Positions 40,622-51,500 of a stretch of 64,000 bases of DNA are shown here, in pieces; position 1 is the stretch's first letter; each line of letters begins with the position of its first letter. Both the position numbers and the translations under genes were made by a program. Origin of the DNA: an uncultured Bacteroidales bacterium. GTDB taxonomy: Bacteria; Bacteroidota; Bacteroidia; Bacteroidales; VadinHA17. A model generated the notes under the pieces. The model saw only the letters and a list, made by a program, of their open reading frames with translations, did not search any database and was not told the origin of the DNA. The stretch covers positions 83,837 through 147,836 of the forward strand of contig CAVTPX010000002.1 of assembly GCA_963736735.1 (NCBI GenBank), given 5' to 3'.

Positions 40622-41125
40622 ATGAAAAAAATCCTTTCAGTTTCAATTGTAATGTTTGCATTTGTTGCAGCAACATTTGGACAGGTTAGTGCAAACGCTA
40701 CAGCAACAGCGACAATTGTGACGCCTATTGCAATAGTAAATGCAAGCAACATGAACTTCGGTAACGTAGCAGTCAGCGCAGTTGCTGGTACTGTTATTCT
40801 TGCACCCTGCAGGAACACGTACAGCCACAGGTGGTGTTACCCTTCCGGTTGTCGGCAGGAACAGTTACTGCTGCCACATTCACGGTTACAGGAAACGTCG
40901 GTGCCACCTATTCTATTACTCTTCCTGCCGGAACAAATACAATTACCGACGGAACCAACAACATGACAGTAGGAACCTGGACCAGCACCCCGACACCGAG
41001 CAGGTACTCTTACAGGCGGAACAGAAACTCTTCGCGTGGGAGCCACCCTTAACGTAGGGGCAAGCCAGCCGGCCGGTCTGTATGTTTCAGGAGCACCATT
41101 CACAGTAACTGTTAACTATAACTAG
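40622..41125 (+). pseudogene. DUF4402-type pilin-like subunit 1 (probable major subunit) with three +1 frame breaks
   Basis: Removing one base near 40805-40807 (ccc), 40852 and 40999 gives a clean 166-aa protein: 'MKKILSVSIVMFAFVAATFGQVSANATATATIVTPIAIVNASNMNFGNVAVSAVAGTVILAPAGTRTATGGVTLPVVAGTVTAATFTVTGNVGATYSITLPAGTNTITDGTNNMTVGTWTSTPTPAGTLTGGTETLRVGATLNVGASQPAGLYVSGAPFTVTVNYN'. Confidence 0.8.
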
Positions 41126-41160
41126 AGCAGGGAGTGGGGAATACCACTCTTACAGACTTA

Positions 41161-41682
41161 ATGAGAAGGCTCAGAATTACATTCACCTGCCTGCTTTGTT
41201 TATTTCTCATTGGCGGAATGACGGCCGTAGCGCAGGTTAGCGCCACAGGGCATATTACCGCTGAGGTCATTTCCGCCCTGTCGGCCGTCGAGACCTCACA
41301 AATGAGTTTTGGCCGCTTTTCTCCGGGACCGCAGGGAGGCGAGCTTATCCTCAGTCCTGAGAGCACTGTCTCCGTTCTGGGAAGTGTATATACCGGAAGC
41401 GGAACGCACAATGCTGCCAGTTTCTATGTAACCGGGGAGAGTGATGTAGCCTATACGGTTACCCTTCCTTCTGCTCCGGTAATAATTACTCATACAGCAG
41501 GTCCGAAGACAATGGTTGTCGGGGACTGGAAATCCATACCGGCGCCGACGCCCGGCGCCGGTATGCTGCAGGGCGGCTTTCAGACCGTACTGGTCGGGGC
41601 AACCCTTAAGATTGGCACGCTTAATGATAATCCGGTAGGTGTTTATACCGGGACCTATACAATAACTTTTGATTTTTATTGA
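41161..41682 (+). CDS. DUF4402-type pilin-like subunit 2
   Basis: Signal peptide 'CLLCLFLIGGMTAVAQ', then 'ATGHITAEVISALSAVETSQMSFGRF...FYVTGESDVAYTVTLP...VGATLKIG...GVYTGTYTITFDFY'. Same layout as subunit 1. Confidence 0.75.
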   Translation: MRRLRITFTCLLCLFLIGGMTAVAQVSATGHITAEVISALSAVETSQMSFGRFSPGPQGGELILSPESTVSVLGSVYTGSGTHNAASFYVTGESDVAYTVTLPSAPVIITHTAGPKTMVVGDWKSIPAPTPGAGMLQGGFQTVLVGATLKIGTLNDNPVGVYTGTYTITFDFY

Positions 41683-41712
41683 TCCGGTCAGGAACAAACT
41701 AAAACATAAATA

Positions 41713-42561
41713 ATGTCAAAGCGTACTTTTCTGCTTCTGCTTGCAGGCCTGATCTTGACTCAGGTCTTTTTGCCTTCTAATGGTGCAGCCCAGGGCAACC
41801 TGCTACTGACACCGCGCAGGATCGTCTTTGAAGGCTCCACACGGTCGATTGACCTCAACCTTGCAAATGTCGGACAGGATACGGCGACATATGCAATCTC
41901 AATCGTTCAGATAAGGATGACTGAAGAAGGAAACTTTGAAACAATCACCGAACCAGACAGCGGACAGTATTTTGCCGTCCAGAACCTGCGGTTCTTTCCG
42001 CGTTCTGTCACTCTTGGTCCGAATGAGACCCAGTCGGTGAAGATTCAGTTGGTAAGGTCGAATCAGCTCACCCCGGGCGAATACCGCTCTCATTTCTATT
42101 TCAGGGCCGTACCCAAAGAAAAACCACTGGGAGAAGAAGTGGTTGCTGTTGCTGATCCAAATGCAATTTCTGTGATGCTGACACCGGTTTTTGGCATTAC
42201 TATACCTGCTATAATCAGGGTGGGTGCGTCAAATGCAACAGTTAACATCACCGACATTTCCCTGGACCGGCTTACCGACACTGTACCCCGTCTCTCGCTT
42301 ACATTTAACCGCACAGGCAACTTCTCCGTTTTCGGGGATCTGGCGGTTGATCATATCAGCGCACAGGGAAAAGTAACAAGGGTCGGAGCAGCAAACGGAA
42401 TAGCAGTATATACACCCAACACACTTCGCAGATTCAGGTTTAATCTGAATAACATAGAGGGCGTTGACCTTGGTTCCGGTAAACTGAGGCTCACATTCTC
42501 CGCCCCTTCAGACGTGAATCCTGAAAAATACACGGAAGCGGAAATAATTCTCAGCAGATAA
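41713..42561 (+). CDS. PapD-like periplasmic pilus chaperone candidate
   Basis: Signal peptide, then 'LLLTPRRIVFEGSTRSIDLNLANVGQDTATYAISIVQ...FFPRSVTLGPNETQSVKIQLVR...EYRSHFYF' (Ig-like N-domain pattern of pilus chaperones) and a second beta domain. Confidence 0.6.
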   Translation: MSKRTFLLLLAGLILTQVFLPSNGAAQGNLLLTPRRIVFEGSTRSIDLNLANVGQDTATYAISIVQIRMTEEGNFETITEPDSGQYFAVQNLRFFPRSVTLGPNETQSVKIQLVRSNQLTPGEYRSHFYFRAVPKEKPLGEEVVAVADPNAISVMLTPVFGITIPAIIRVGASNATVNITDISLDRLTDTVPRLSLTFNRTGNFSVFGDLAVDHISAQGKVTRVGAANGIAVYTPNTLRRFRFNLNNIEGVDLGSGKLRLTFSAPSDVNPEKYTEAEIILSR

Positions 42562-42576
42562 CAACACAACCAGCAA

Positions 42577-45500
42577 GTGCCATCAAAAAGATTGAACATA
42601 TTCCGGATTAACAGGCTTTTACAGCACAGCATATTAGTTATTTTGCTGACAGGGTTTACCCTTGCCGGGTATGGGCAGTCCAATGGTGATTACCGCACCC
42701 GCGCTGCGAATAACTGGAATAATAACGCGACATGGCAGGTTTATAGCGGAGGGGCATGGGTAAACTGTGCCGCCGGTAATTATCCCGGTGTTGCTGCCGG
42801 CGCCGGAGTGGTTACGCTGACACATAATGTCACCCTCAACGTCAGTCCGGCAAATCCGATTGGCGCTCTTGTTCTTCAGGCAAACCTTACCCCCAATGCC
42901 AGTCGCACGCTTACTGTTACCGGCAATTGTACGGTTTCGTCGGGAACGCTGAATCTTTCCAATGGCGCCGGAAGAGTAGTGACACTGAATGTCGGGGGCA
43001 ATTTCACAATGTCAGGGGGCACAATTACTGAGTCGTCAACCTCATACGGCTCTGTTGTTTTTAACGGAAGCGGAACGCAGGTCTTCACAAAATCAGGCGG
43101 TACAATTTCAAACATTATTAATTTTACTGTTAACTCAGGCTCCAATCTGAATATGGGAACCAGCGTCCTTAACGGGAGCGCCGGTACATTTACCCTGAAC
43201 GCAGGAGCTACTCTTACAACAGCAAATGTTGCCGGTATTTCTTCAGCCGGTGCAACCGGAAGCATCCAGGTAACGGGAACCAGGACCTACAATACAGGTG
43301 CAAATTATGTTTACAACGGAACTCTGGCCCAGATTACAGGAACGGGTCTTCCCGCCACAGTTAATAGCCTGACAATAAACAATATCAGCGGGGTTACAAT
43401 TGCCGGCAACATAACACTTGCAGCCGGCGGGACCTTGACCCTTTCAAGCGGGATCCTTCAGGCCGGAGCCAACTCTGTTATATTAACCAACACGAATCCA
43501 GCGACGTCGGTAGTCTGGACGCCGGGATCTTTCGTAAATGTTACTTCAGGGGCCATGGAAAGGACCCTGGCGCCAGGTCTGACAGGGTCTGGCAATGACT
43601 ATTTGTTTCCGATTGGAGAAGGCGGAGTTTTTAAAGGCCTTACTCTCCTCGATGTAAATACGGGCGCTACAGGGCCGGTTTTAAGGGCTACTGTAAGTCC
43701 TGCAGGTGCACTGACCGGCGACGGTACAACAATTGCCTCGGTTGGACAACGCAATTGGTCTCTGACAAACTTAAACAGCGGAAATTTAACAAGTGCAAGG
43801 GTAGAATTATATGAAAGCGGCCTGGACTTTTTGAAGACAATAGGAATGTCATCCGCCGTTTCAGGAGATTATTCATCAATCGGAGGTTCAATCAGTGGTT
43901 CGTCACTGATTTCTTCAACAGTCCTGAACCCCGGACCATATTTCAGCATAGGCGCACTTGTGCGTACCTATTATTCCTTCCAGACCGGAGACTGGAACTC
44001 ACCTCCACGTGGACCTCAGACCCGAGCGGTACTCTTCAGTTTGGTTCTACTGCTCCAGGCGATGGTGACAAAGTCGTTATACTGTCAGGTCGTACCGTTA
44101 CTTTATCAGGAGATATTAACCGTCAGAACCTGGATATCACAATTGACGCGGGTGGCTTTCTTGATCAGGGTGTTTACAGCTTTACAAATTCATTGCTGGC
44201 ACTTCGCGGACAGGGTACCCATAAACTGGCATCCATAAATTTTCCGAACTCAACAACCAATTCATTTATTGATGCCGGCGGCGGAACAACCGAGTATGAC
44301 AATGCCGCAGACTTTACATTACCCATAACTCAGACTACCTATAATAATCTGACAATAAATACTACAGACATTATTGCAACACAATTCAGCAACCTTACTC
44401 TGAATGGCAGTTTATATGTTAAGAGAGGAACATTTCAGATTAATGACAATACTTCAGCAGCTAAACTGACTCTTACAGTAAATGGAAATGTGACTGTCGA
44501 TAACGGAGCTTTTATTACAGTTGGTAACGGGGTAACAAATACTGCAATCGGGGGCAGCGGCGGTACAGCACCCTTCCTTACTTATTATCTGAATTTTCAC
44601 ACAGTTATTATCAGGGGTGATTTTACAAACAATGGAACTGTCCGGTTTACAAATCTTCCTTATCCAATATATAATAATTTTCCTCCGATTGTTGCCGGCG
44701 CCACGTCGGGAGCTGCAACGGTTTATTTTCAGGGAGCGGCGAACAATACCCTGAATTGTAACGGGGTAACAAACTTCTATAACCTTGTCCTTGACAAAGG
44801 AATTGACCAGACGTTCAAGCTTACAATTAATTCAACCGACTATTCGTACTTTAAGCTGTTCGGGGCAAACACTTTAGCTACAGACGGAGGTGTTACGGGT
44901 AACCCAAATCTAAGAAAAGCATTATGGATCCGCTCCGGCACCCTTGAATTAAAAGGGTCTTTGATAATCCCTTCTCTTACTGAGGGAGTTGCCGCCAATT
45001 CCGATTTTTATATTCCCTCTAACGGGGCATTGGTGATTGACGGTGTTGACGTCGTAGTTCTTTCAACAGCTGATGATTACCGTGAAATAAATGCGGCATA
45101 TACAGTTACAGCTCCGGACAATGCAACAATAGGTGTTACCAGGGGAGGGGTCAGTGCTGTGGATATATTTGGCAAACTCCAGATAAATGCCGGCTATCTT
45201 TCAACAAGGGAATCAGGCGGATTAATCACTTCAAGTGTTGCTTCAGGACAAATAGTTATTAATGGCGGGACTATTGACGCAAAACAACTTCTTTCTTCAA
45301 CCGGTTCTGCTTCTTATACCCAGACCGGGGGATTAGCAATTTTCCGCGGCCGATTCCAGCGTACTCCGGCAGCCTATTCAACGGTAGCAGATCTTACTGA
45401 TATTTCGGTTACTACATTAAATACATCAAGAGCAAATAATGGTATCAACTGCCGGATATGGCTCCTTCAACCTTGAGCAGACAGGCAATATCTTTAATAT

Positions 45501-48500
45501 GTCAGGTGGAATAATACGGATTTATGACGTATGCGGAATCGCCGCGGCAGAGCAGGAATCATTTGATGTGAAATCTTCAGCATCTAATATAAATGTAACA
45601 GGAGGTACCCTTGAAATCAGGCCTGTTGCCGGAACGGTTTTGGCTGACGCTGCCAGTCATTTTATAACTACAAGTGCACCTTTGTACAATTTGCTGATTG
45701 ATCGTGCAAGCAGCACCGTCTGTTGTCCGGTTAAGGACTTCCCCGCTGGTTGTACTTAAGGATCTTACGCTTACTTCAGGAGATTTTTCTGCAAATAACC
45801 TCAATGTTACAATAGGCGGTAACTATACAATTGCAGCAGGCACCACATATGCAGCAGGCACAAACACAACTACGTTTAACGGAACTGAAAACCAGACATT
45901 TACAGTTAACCTGGCAGCCCCGCTTTCCCTTACCAACCTGACTATCAGCAAACCTGCCGGTGTAGTTTTAGGCTTTGCAGGAACACAGGCAACAATTAAT
46001 GTTGCAGACAATTTCAGTCTTGTTAACGGCACCCTGAATGATAACGGGAATTCAATTAATGTTGCAAAAAACATTTTTAATTCCGGAATACATACCGGTT
46101 CAGGCAAAATTGTACTGAACGGAACTTTAACGCAAACTATTGATGGGAATGGGGTCTTCGGCAATGTCGAACTAAATAATACAAATGCAGCAGCAGCACC
46201 GGTATCACTTCTGGCCAATATGACAATTAACGGCGTACTGACTTTTTCACAAAACAAACTTTTCAGGATCGGGACGTATAATCTGAAGCTCAATGCTTCG
46301 GCATCAATATCAAATGGTGGTGCTCTGAGATACATTCAATCTTCCGGCAATATTGGTGACGGAGGACTGACAAAAGTCTATTCCTCGCCTGCCGGCTTCA
46401 CATTTCCTGTTGGTGTGGTTAATTATACCCCGGCATCATTGGGTCTTGGCAGTGCACCAACTGCTTACGGATCAATTACGGTTATCCCGGTTAATTATTC
46501 CCATCCTAATGTGACCACAGCCGGAAGAAGCCTTTCCTATTTCTGGCGTGTTAAATCTGAAGGTTTTACTTTGGGTACAGCTACTGTAACCCATGGATAT
46601 ACATATTCTCAGAGCAATGTGGTTACAGGTGGTGGTATTACCGAAGACGAATATGTTGCTGCGCGGTTTAACAGTTCAATAAATGTCTGGACAACAGGCA
46701 CAGCAGCTGATGTTGATGATGCTGTCAACAATATTATCGGAGAACCCGGCACTGGCATTTTTCTTGAGAATGTTGGTTTTATCGATGGCGACTATACGGC
46801 CGGAGATTCTAATCCTACAAGTCCGTTTGGGACCCCGGGCATATTTTACAGCAGAATTAATGGTTCGGCATCAGGGGGTGGCCTTTGGAGCAATGCTAAT
46901 AACTGGTCATTTACAGACAATACCGGTCCTGCAAACACCGGCGGGGCTGTTCCGGGAGCCAGGGATATCGTGATTATCGGAGGTAACGACTCAATTTATC
47001 TTGCCACCGATCCTGTCACTCCCAATACTGATCCCAGGAGCTGCTCCAATTTGCAGATTGAAGGCCGGTCGGCTCTCGATATCGGATACAATCCTGCATC
47101 AGTCTTCAGCACTGTTGTATCACATTCAGGAGGAACAAACGGTAACTTTAGAATTGCTTGTGACAGGGGCCCATTGGCAGGATCAACGATAAGAACTTTC
47201 GAATTCCCGTGCTGGCGACTTTTCTGATTTTAATACCCGTCTGGGGACTACTGAATTATACACTACAAATCCAACAGCGGGAACAACATTCTACCTCCCC
47301 AATGGGATTACTTCTTATGGCAATCTGATTATTTCTCCTGTGGGCGGATCAAATGTTATTTTTCCAAACCATGATCTGACAATTTTTGGTACTCTTATTA
47401 CCAGGGGGCAGAATGTGGAATCGTGGTTTTGTCCTTCATGGAATACAAATTATCCGACAGCACCGGCAACCAGGGTAGCGAAGACAATAACAATAATGGG
47501 CAACCTGAACATTCAGGGAGGAGCCCTGGTATGGTATGGCAATGGAGCGATAACTCAAAATGTTGTTGTAAACGGAAATGTTATTGTTGCAACACATTCA
47601 TCAATAGACGTATGGGATGCTGCAACAAGCCAGAGTTTATCAATAGGAGGAGACCTGATAAATAATACTTCCGGGTTCAGGAGATGAAAGATGTGATTTT
47701 ACACTTCTGCCTGTTACATTTTTCGGAAATACACCCGCGTCAATTACAAATACAATGAATAACCCTGTTACTATCCTGAACAGGGTGACAGTCAATAAGG
47801 GCAATTCACAGGCAACCACCCTTACCCTGAACATAGGAGGAACGCTGACTACACAGACAGATAACTGGTTGGTACTGCAAAACGGTACGTTCAGATATAT
47901 GAGAACAAACCCGGCTACTGATTTTACAATTTCAACAACCACTCCGCTGACAATACCGGCATCCGCCGGGTTGAGTATTGATTATGCCAACGCTAGCAAC
48001 AGGAATGTACTTATCAGCAATGCGGCAACCAATACCGGCGATTTATTATTGGATGGGAGGCTCACGCTGATCAGGGGAAATGTTTATGTTGGACCAATTG
48101 GCTGCTCCTGCCAATAATAATGATATTGAGTATTCGGGAGCCGGGGCTTCTGCTATTGAAATACAGGGGGGAAATCTTGTTGTTAACGGGCAGATCCGCA
48201 GAAATACTTCTACAACAAACGGAATACTTAATTATACACAAAGCGGGGGCAATGTTACAATAAACGGAAATGGTGCAAATGCATGCATATGCTAAACTGG
48301 AGGTCCTTAATCCTGGTAGTGGCTTCAACATGTCAGCCGGAACACTGACAATTGTCCGGGGAGGAGGGACCACCTTTGGTGATCTTTACCTGAGACCGGA
48401 AAGTTCTGCAGTAACCGGCGGGACAATTATATTCTGCCAATGTGGATTCCCAATACTGTTCAAAACTACTCAATGGATGCAAACACCCCGTTAAACAACC

Positions 48501-51500
48501 TTACAATTACGGGTGCTGCAGGAGCGGGGGTGAATGCCACTGTGGGGTTGCTTGTCAGTCCGCTGGCCCTCAATGGGACACTGACAATGAGTAATGCACA
48601 AAGCATCTTCAACTCCAATAATCTTAATGTTTCAATTAAGGGTAACTTAACTAACGGCGGTACCTGCAATTTTGGAACGAATACAACAACCTTTGACGGG
48701 GGAACTCAAATTGTTGGCGGGACTTCAGTCACAGATTTTTATAATCTTAATGTGTTATCATCCAATTCCCTTACTGTTAATAACAGTTTTGCCGTTTCCC
48801 GCGATTTATCAATTGGTATCGGAACCCTGATTCTTGGCAACAAAAAACTGACACTTTCAGGCAACCTTGTAAATAACGGCACATACACTGATGATAATAA
48901 TCTTGGCGGAATAAGCTTATCCGGATCAGCCCAGCAGCTGATTTCAGGAACAGGTGCATTTGGTAAACTTGAGATCAACAATAGTTCAGGGGCAAAACTT
49001 ACAAATGGCATTCTTCTTCAGAATGACCTTGTGCTTACCCAGGGGGTCTTCAATATTAACTCGAACCTGCTTACTTTAAGCCAGAACAGCAATATAACCG
49101 GAACTCCCGGTGTTACAAATATGATTACAACTGACGGAGTGGTCAGCAGCCAGGGGGTCAGAAAGTTCTTTACAACTGCAGCTCAGTCATTTACTTTCCC
49201 GGTAGGGGTTGCGGGGAAATATACTCCTGCAATTTTCACTATCACTGCAAACGGTCTGACAGGTTACATAAATGTTAACCCGATTAACAATAATCATCCG
49301 GGAGTACTGGATCCGCTGAACGTTTTGAAATACTACTGGCAGATTGAAAGTTCGGGTATTTCAGGGTTTTCCGGAAATGTGTTATTACAGTATCTCCCCG
49401 GTGATGTAGTGGGAGTGGAGAGTGATTACGTTGCCGCCAAGCTTGTCCCTCCGTCAAATATATGGACTAAGTCAGTGGATGGTGTGGATGAAACAAACCA
49501 CCAGATCAATTTCACATTTTCAGGGAGTAGCAACCTTAATGCAGACTATACTGCCGGGAATAACCTTGCATTTCCAACCGTAGTTTCCACTTATGAGACA
49601 AACAGTGACGGGAACTGGTCGAACCAGGCTATCTGGACTCCCCTCGGTTCTTCTCCTCCGTGTCCGGTTGGCGGGCCGGCTGGTGCAAGAGTAATTATAG
49701 ACCATGTTGTAACAACCGATGTCAACAATATTTTTGTAATTAATACAACGATTAACAATGAATTAAGGGTTGTTTCGCCGACTTACGGGCACAGTCTTGG
49801 CAATGTAGACGGCAATGGTAAGATTTATCTTGAAAATGGGAACCTCCCTGGAGGCAACTACTCTTCCTTTATTGATTGTTCAGGAAACGGAACTGTTGAA
49901 TATGGAGGAACGGGGAACTACACAATAATTGCAACCCAGTTCAGCAATCTGCCCAATTTGTTTTTAACAGGAACCGGAACCAGGGTGCTTCCAAATAAGG
50001 ATTTAACAATTTGTAAAAGGCTTGTAATAGACGGACCAGCTCTTGACAACAGTGTAAACAACAGCAGGCTTACGATTCTCGGTTCGATGGAGCGTTATAA
50101 CACAGGAACTTTCATTAGCGGTTCCGGGGTTTCCCCTGCCTCAACCGTCATTTTTGCCGGCACATCAGCCCAGACACTGGGCGGACCAACCGGGGACTTT
50201 TCGGGTAGCAACCGGTTTAACAATCTTGAGATCAATAATGCCTCCGGATTGACTATCGGGTCAAACGGGCTTGTCGAAATCAGCAATGAATTGCTGCTCA
50301 CGCAGGGGATTATTAATACAACTTCAGCAAACAGGCTTACATTGTTGAGTCACATCAACAGACGCAGTTATACCTGCCGGAGGAAGTGCAACATCTTATG
50401 TAAGCGGTCCGTTGATTAAGAGGATAACCAATGGAGAAAATTTCCTGTATCCGGTTGGAAAGGGATCCGTTAAGGGACATAATTTCACCCTGACTTCAAG
50501 TGCCGGAAGCACACTGCCATGGACAACAGAATACTTTACCCCAAATCCTACCGCCACTTCTTTAACTCCGCCATTACTGGTGTCAAATACAATGGAATAT
50601 TGGAGCATCAGTACATCCGTAAGCACCTCAGCCAAAGTTAAGATCGGGTGGGACCCTATGAGCGCCCTGACGCCTCTTATGACTGTGAATGGCATGGCTG
50701 ATATGCGGGTCGCAGAATTTATTTCAGGAGCATGGAGTGAACTGGCATCAATTTCTGCAGGGAACAATAACAATGGTGATGTAGCAACAATTAACAATGT
50801 AAACATCTCATCTACCCCTAAGAATTATACCACCGCAAGTATTACCCCGACAATTGCAAGGGCTTCGTTATCTCCACCCGGCCCTGTATGCGGCAGCAGC
50901 GGGGATACCGGTAAGCTTTACAACCTTTAATCCTATTTCATTAAACTATACACTTGATTATACAATTAACGGTGTCGCGCAGCCGACAATAAGCGTAAGT
51001 TCATTACCATATACTCTGCCAACACCGGTGCCGGGAGCATATAAATTAACCGGATTCACCTATAATAACGGGGTTAATACCGGAGTGGTTGACCAGACAA
51101 TCGTTAATGTATATGCTAATCCCCCTGTTTCAGATGCCGGGCCGGATCAGTCTCTTTGCGGAGTGTCAGGAACCGTTCTTGCCGGTAGTAATCCTGCTCC
51201 ATATTCGGGTTTATGGACAATTGTAAGCGGTGCAGGTGGTACTCTGATCAACAGGGATCTTAATACAACTGTTTTTACGGGTGTTTTAGGCGGGACGTAC
51301 ATACTCAGGTGGACTATCAGTAATTTTACCTGTACATCTTCCGATGAGGTCATTATTTCATTTCCTGTGGCTGCCACACGTCCTGCAGCATTCACCTCGG
51401 CACCGGCTATAGTATGTCAGGGGTCTGCAGGTATTGTCTATACAGTTCCTGATTTTCCCGGCAATACGTATAACTGGTCATATAGCGGAACGGGTCATAC

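Noticed and set aside
42876-46335. Several 100-170-aa minus-strand ORFs inside the adhesin (for example 42876-43265 and 45823-46335)
   Set aside because: These are by-products of the repetitive Gly/Thr/Asn/Val codon usage of the plus-strand gene. Their translations are Pro/Val/Leu-rich and lack starts with sensible context.
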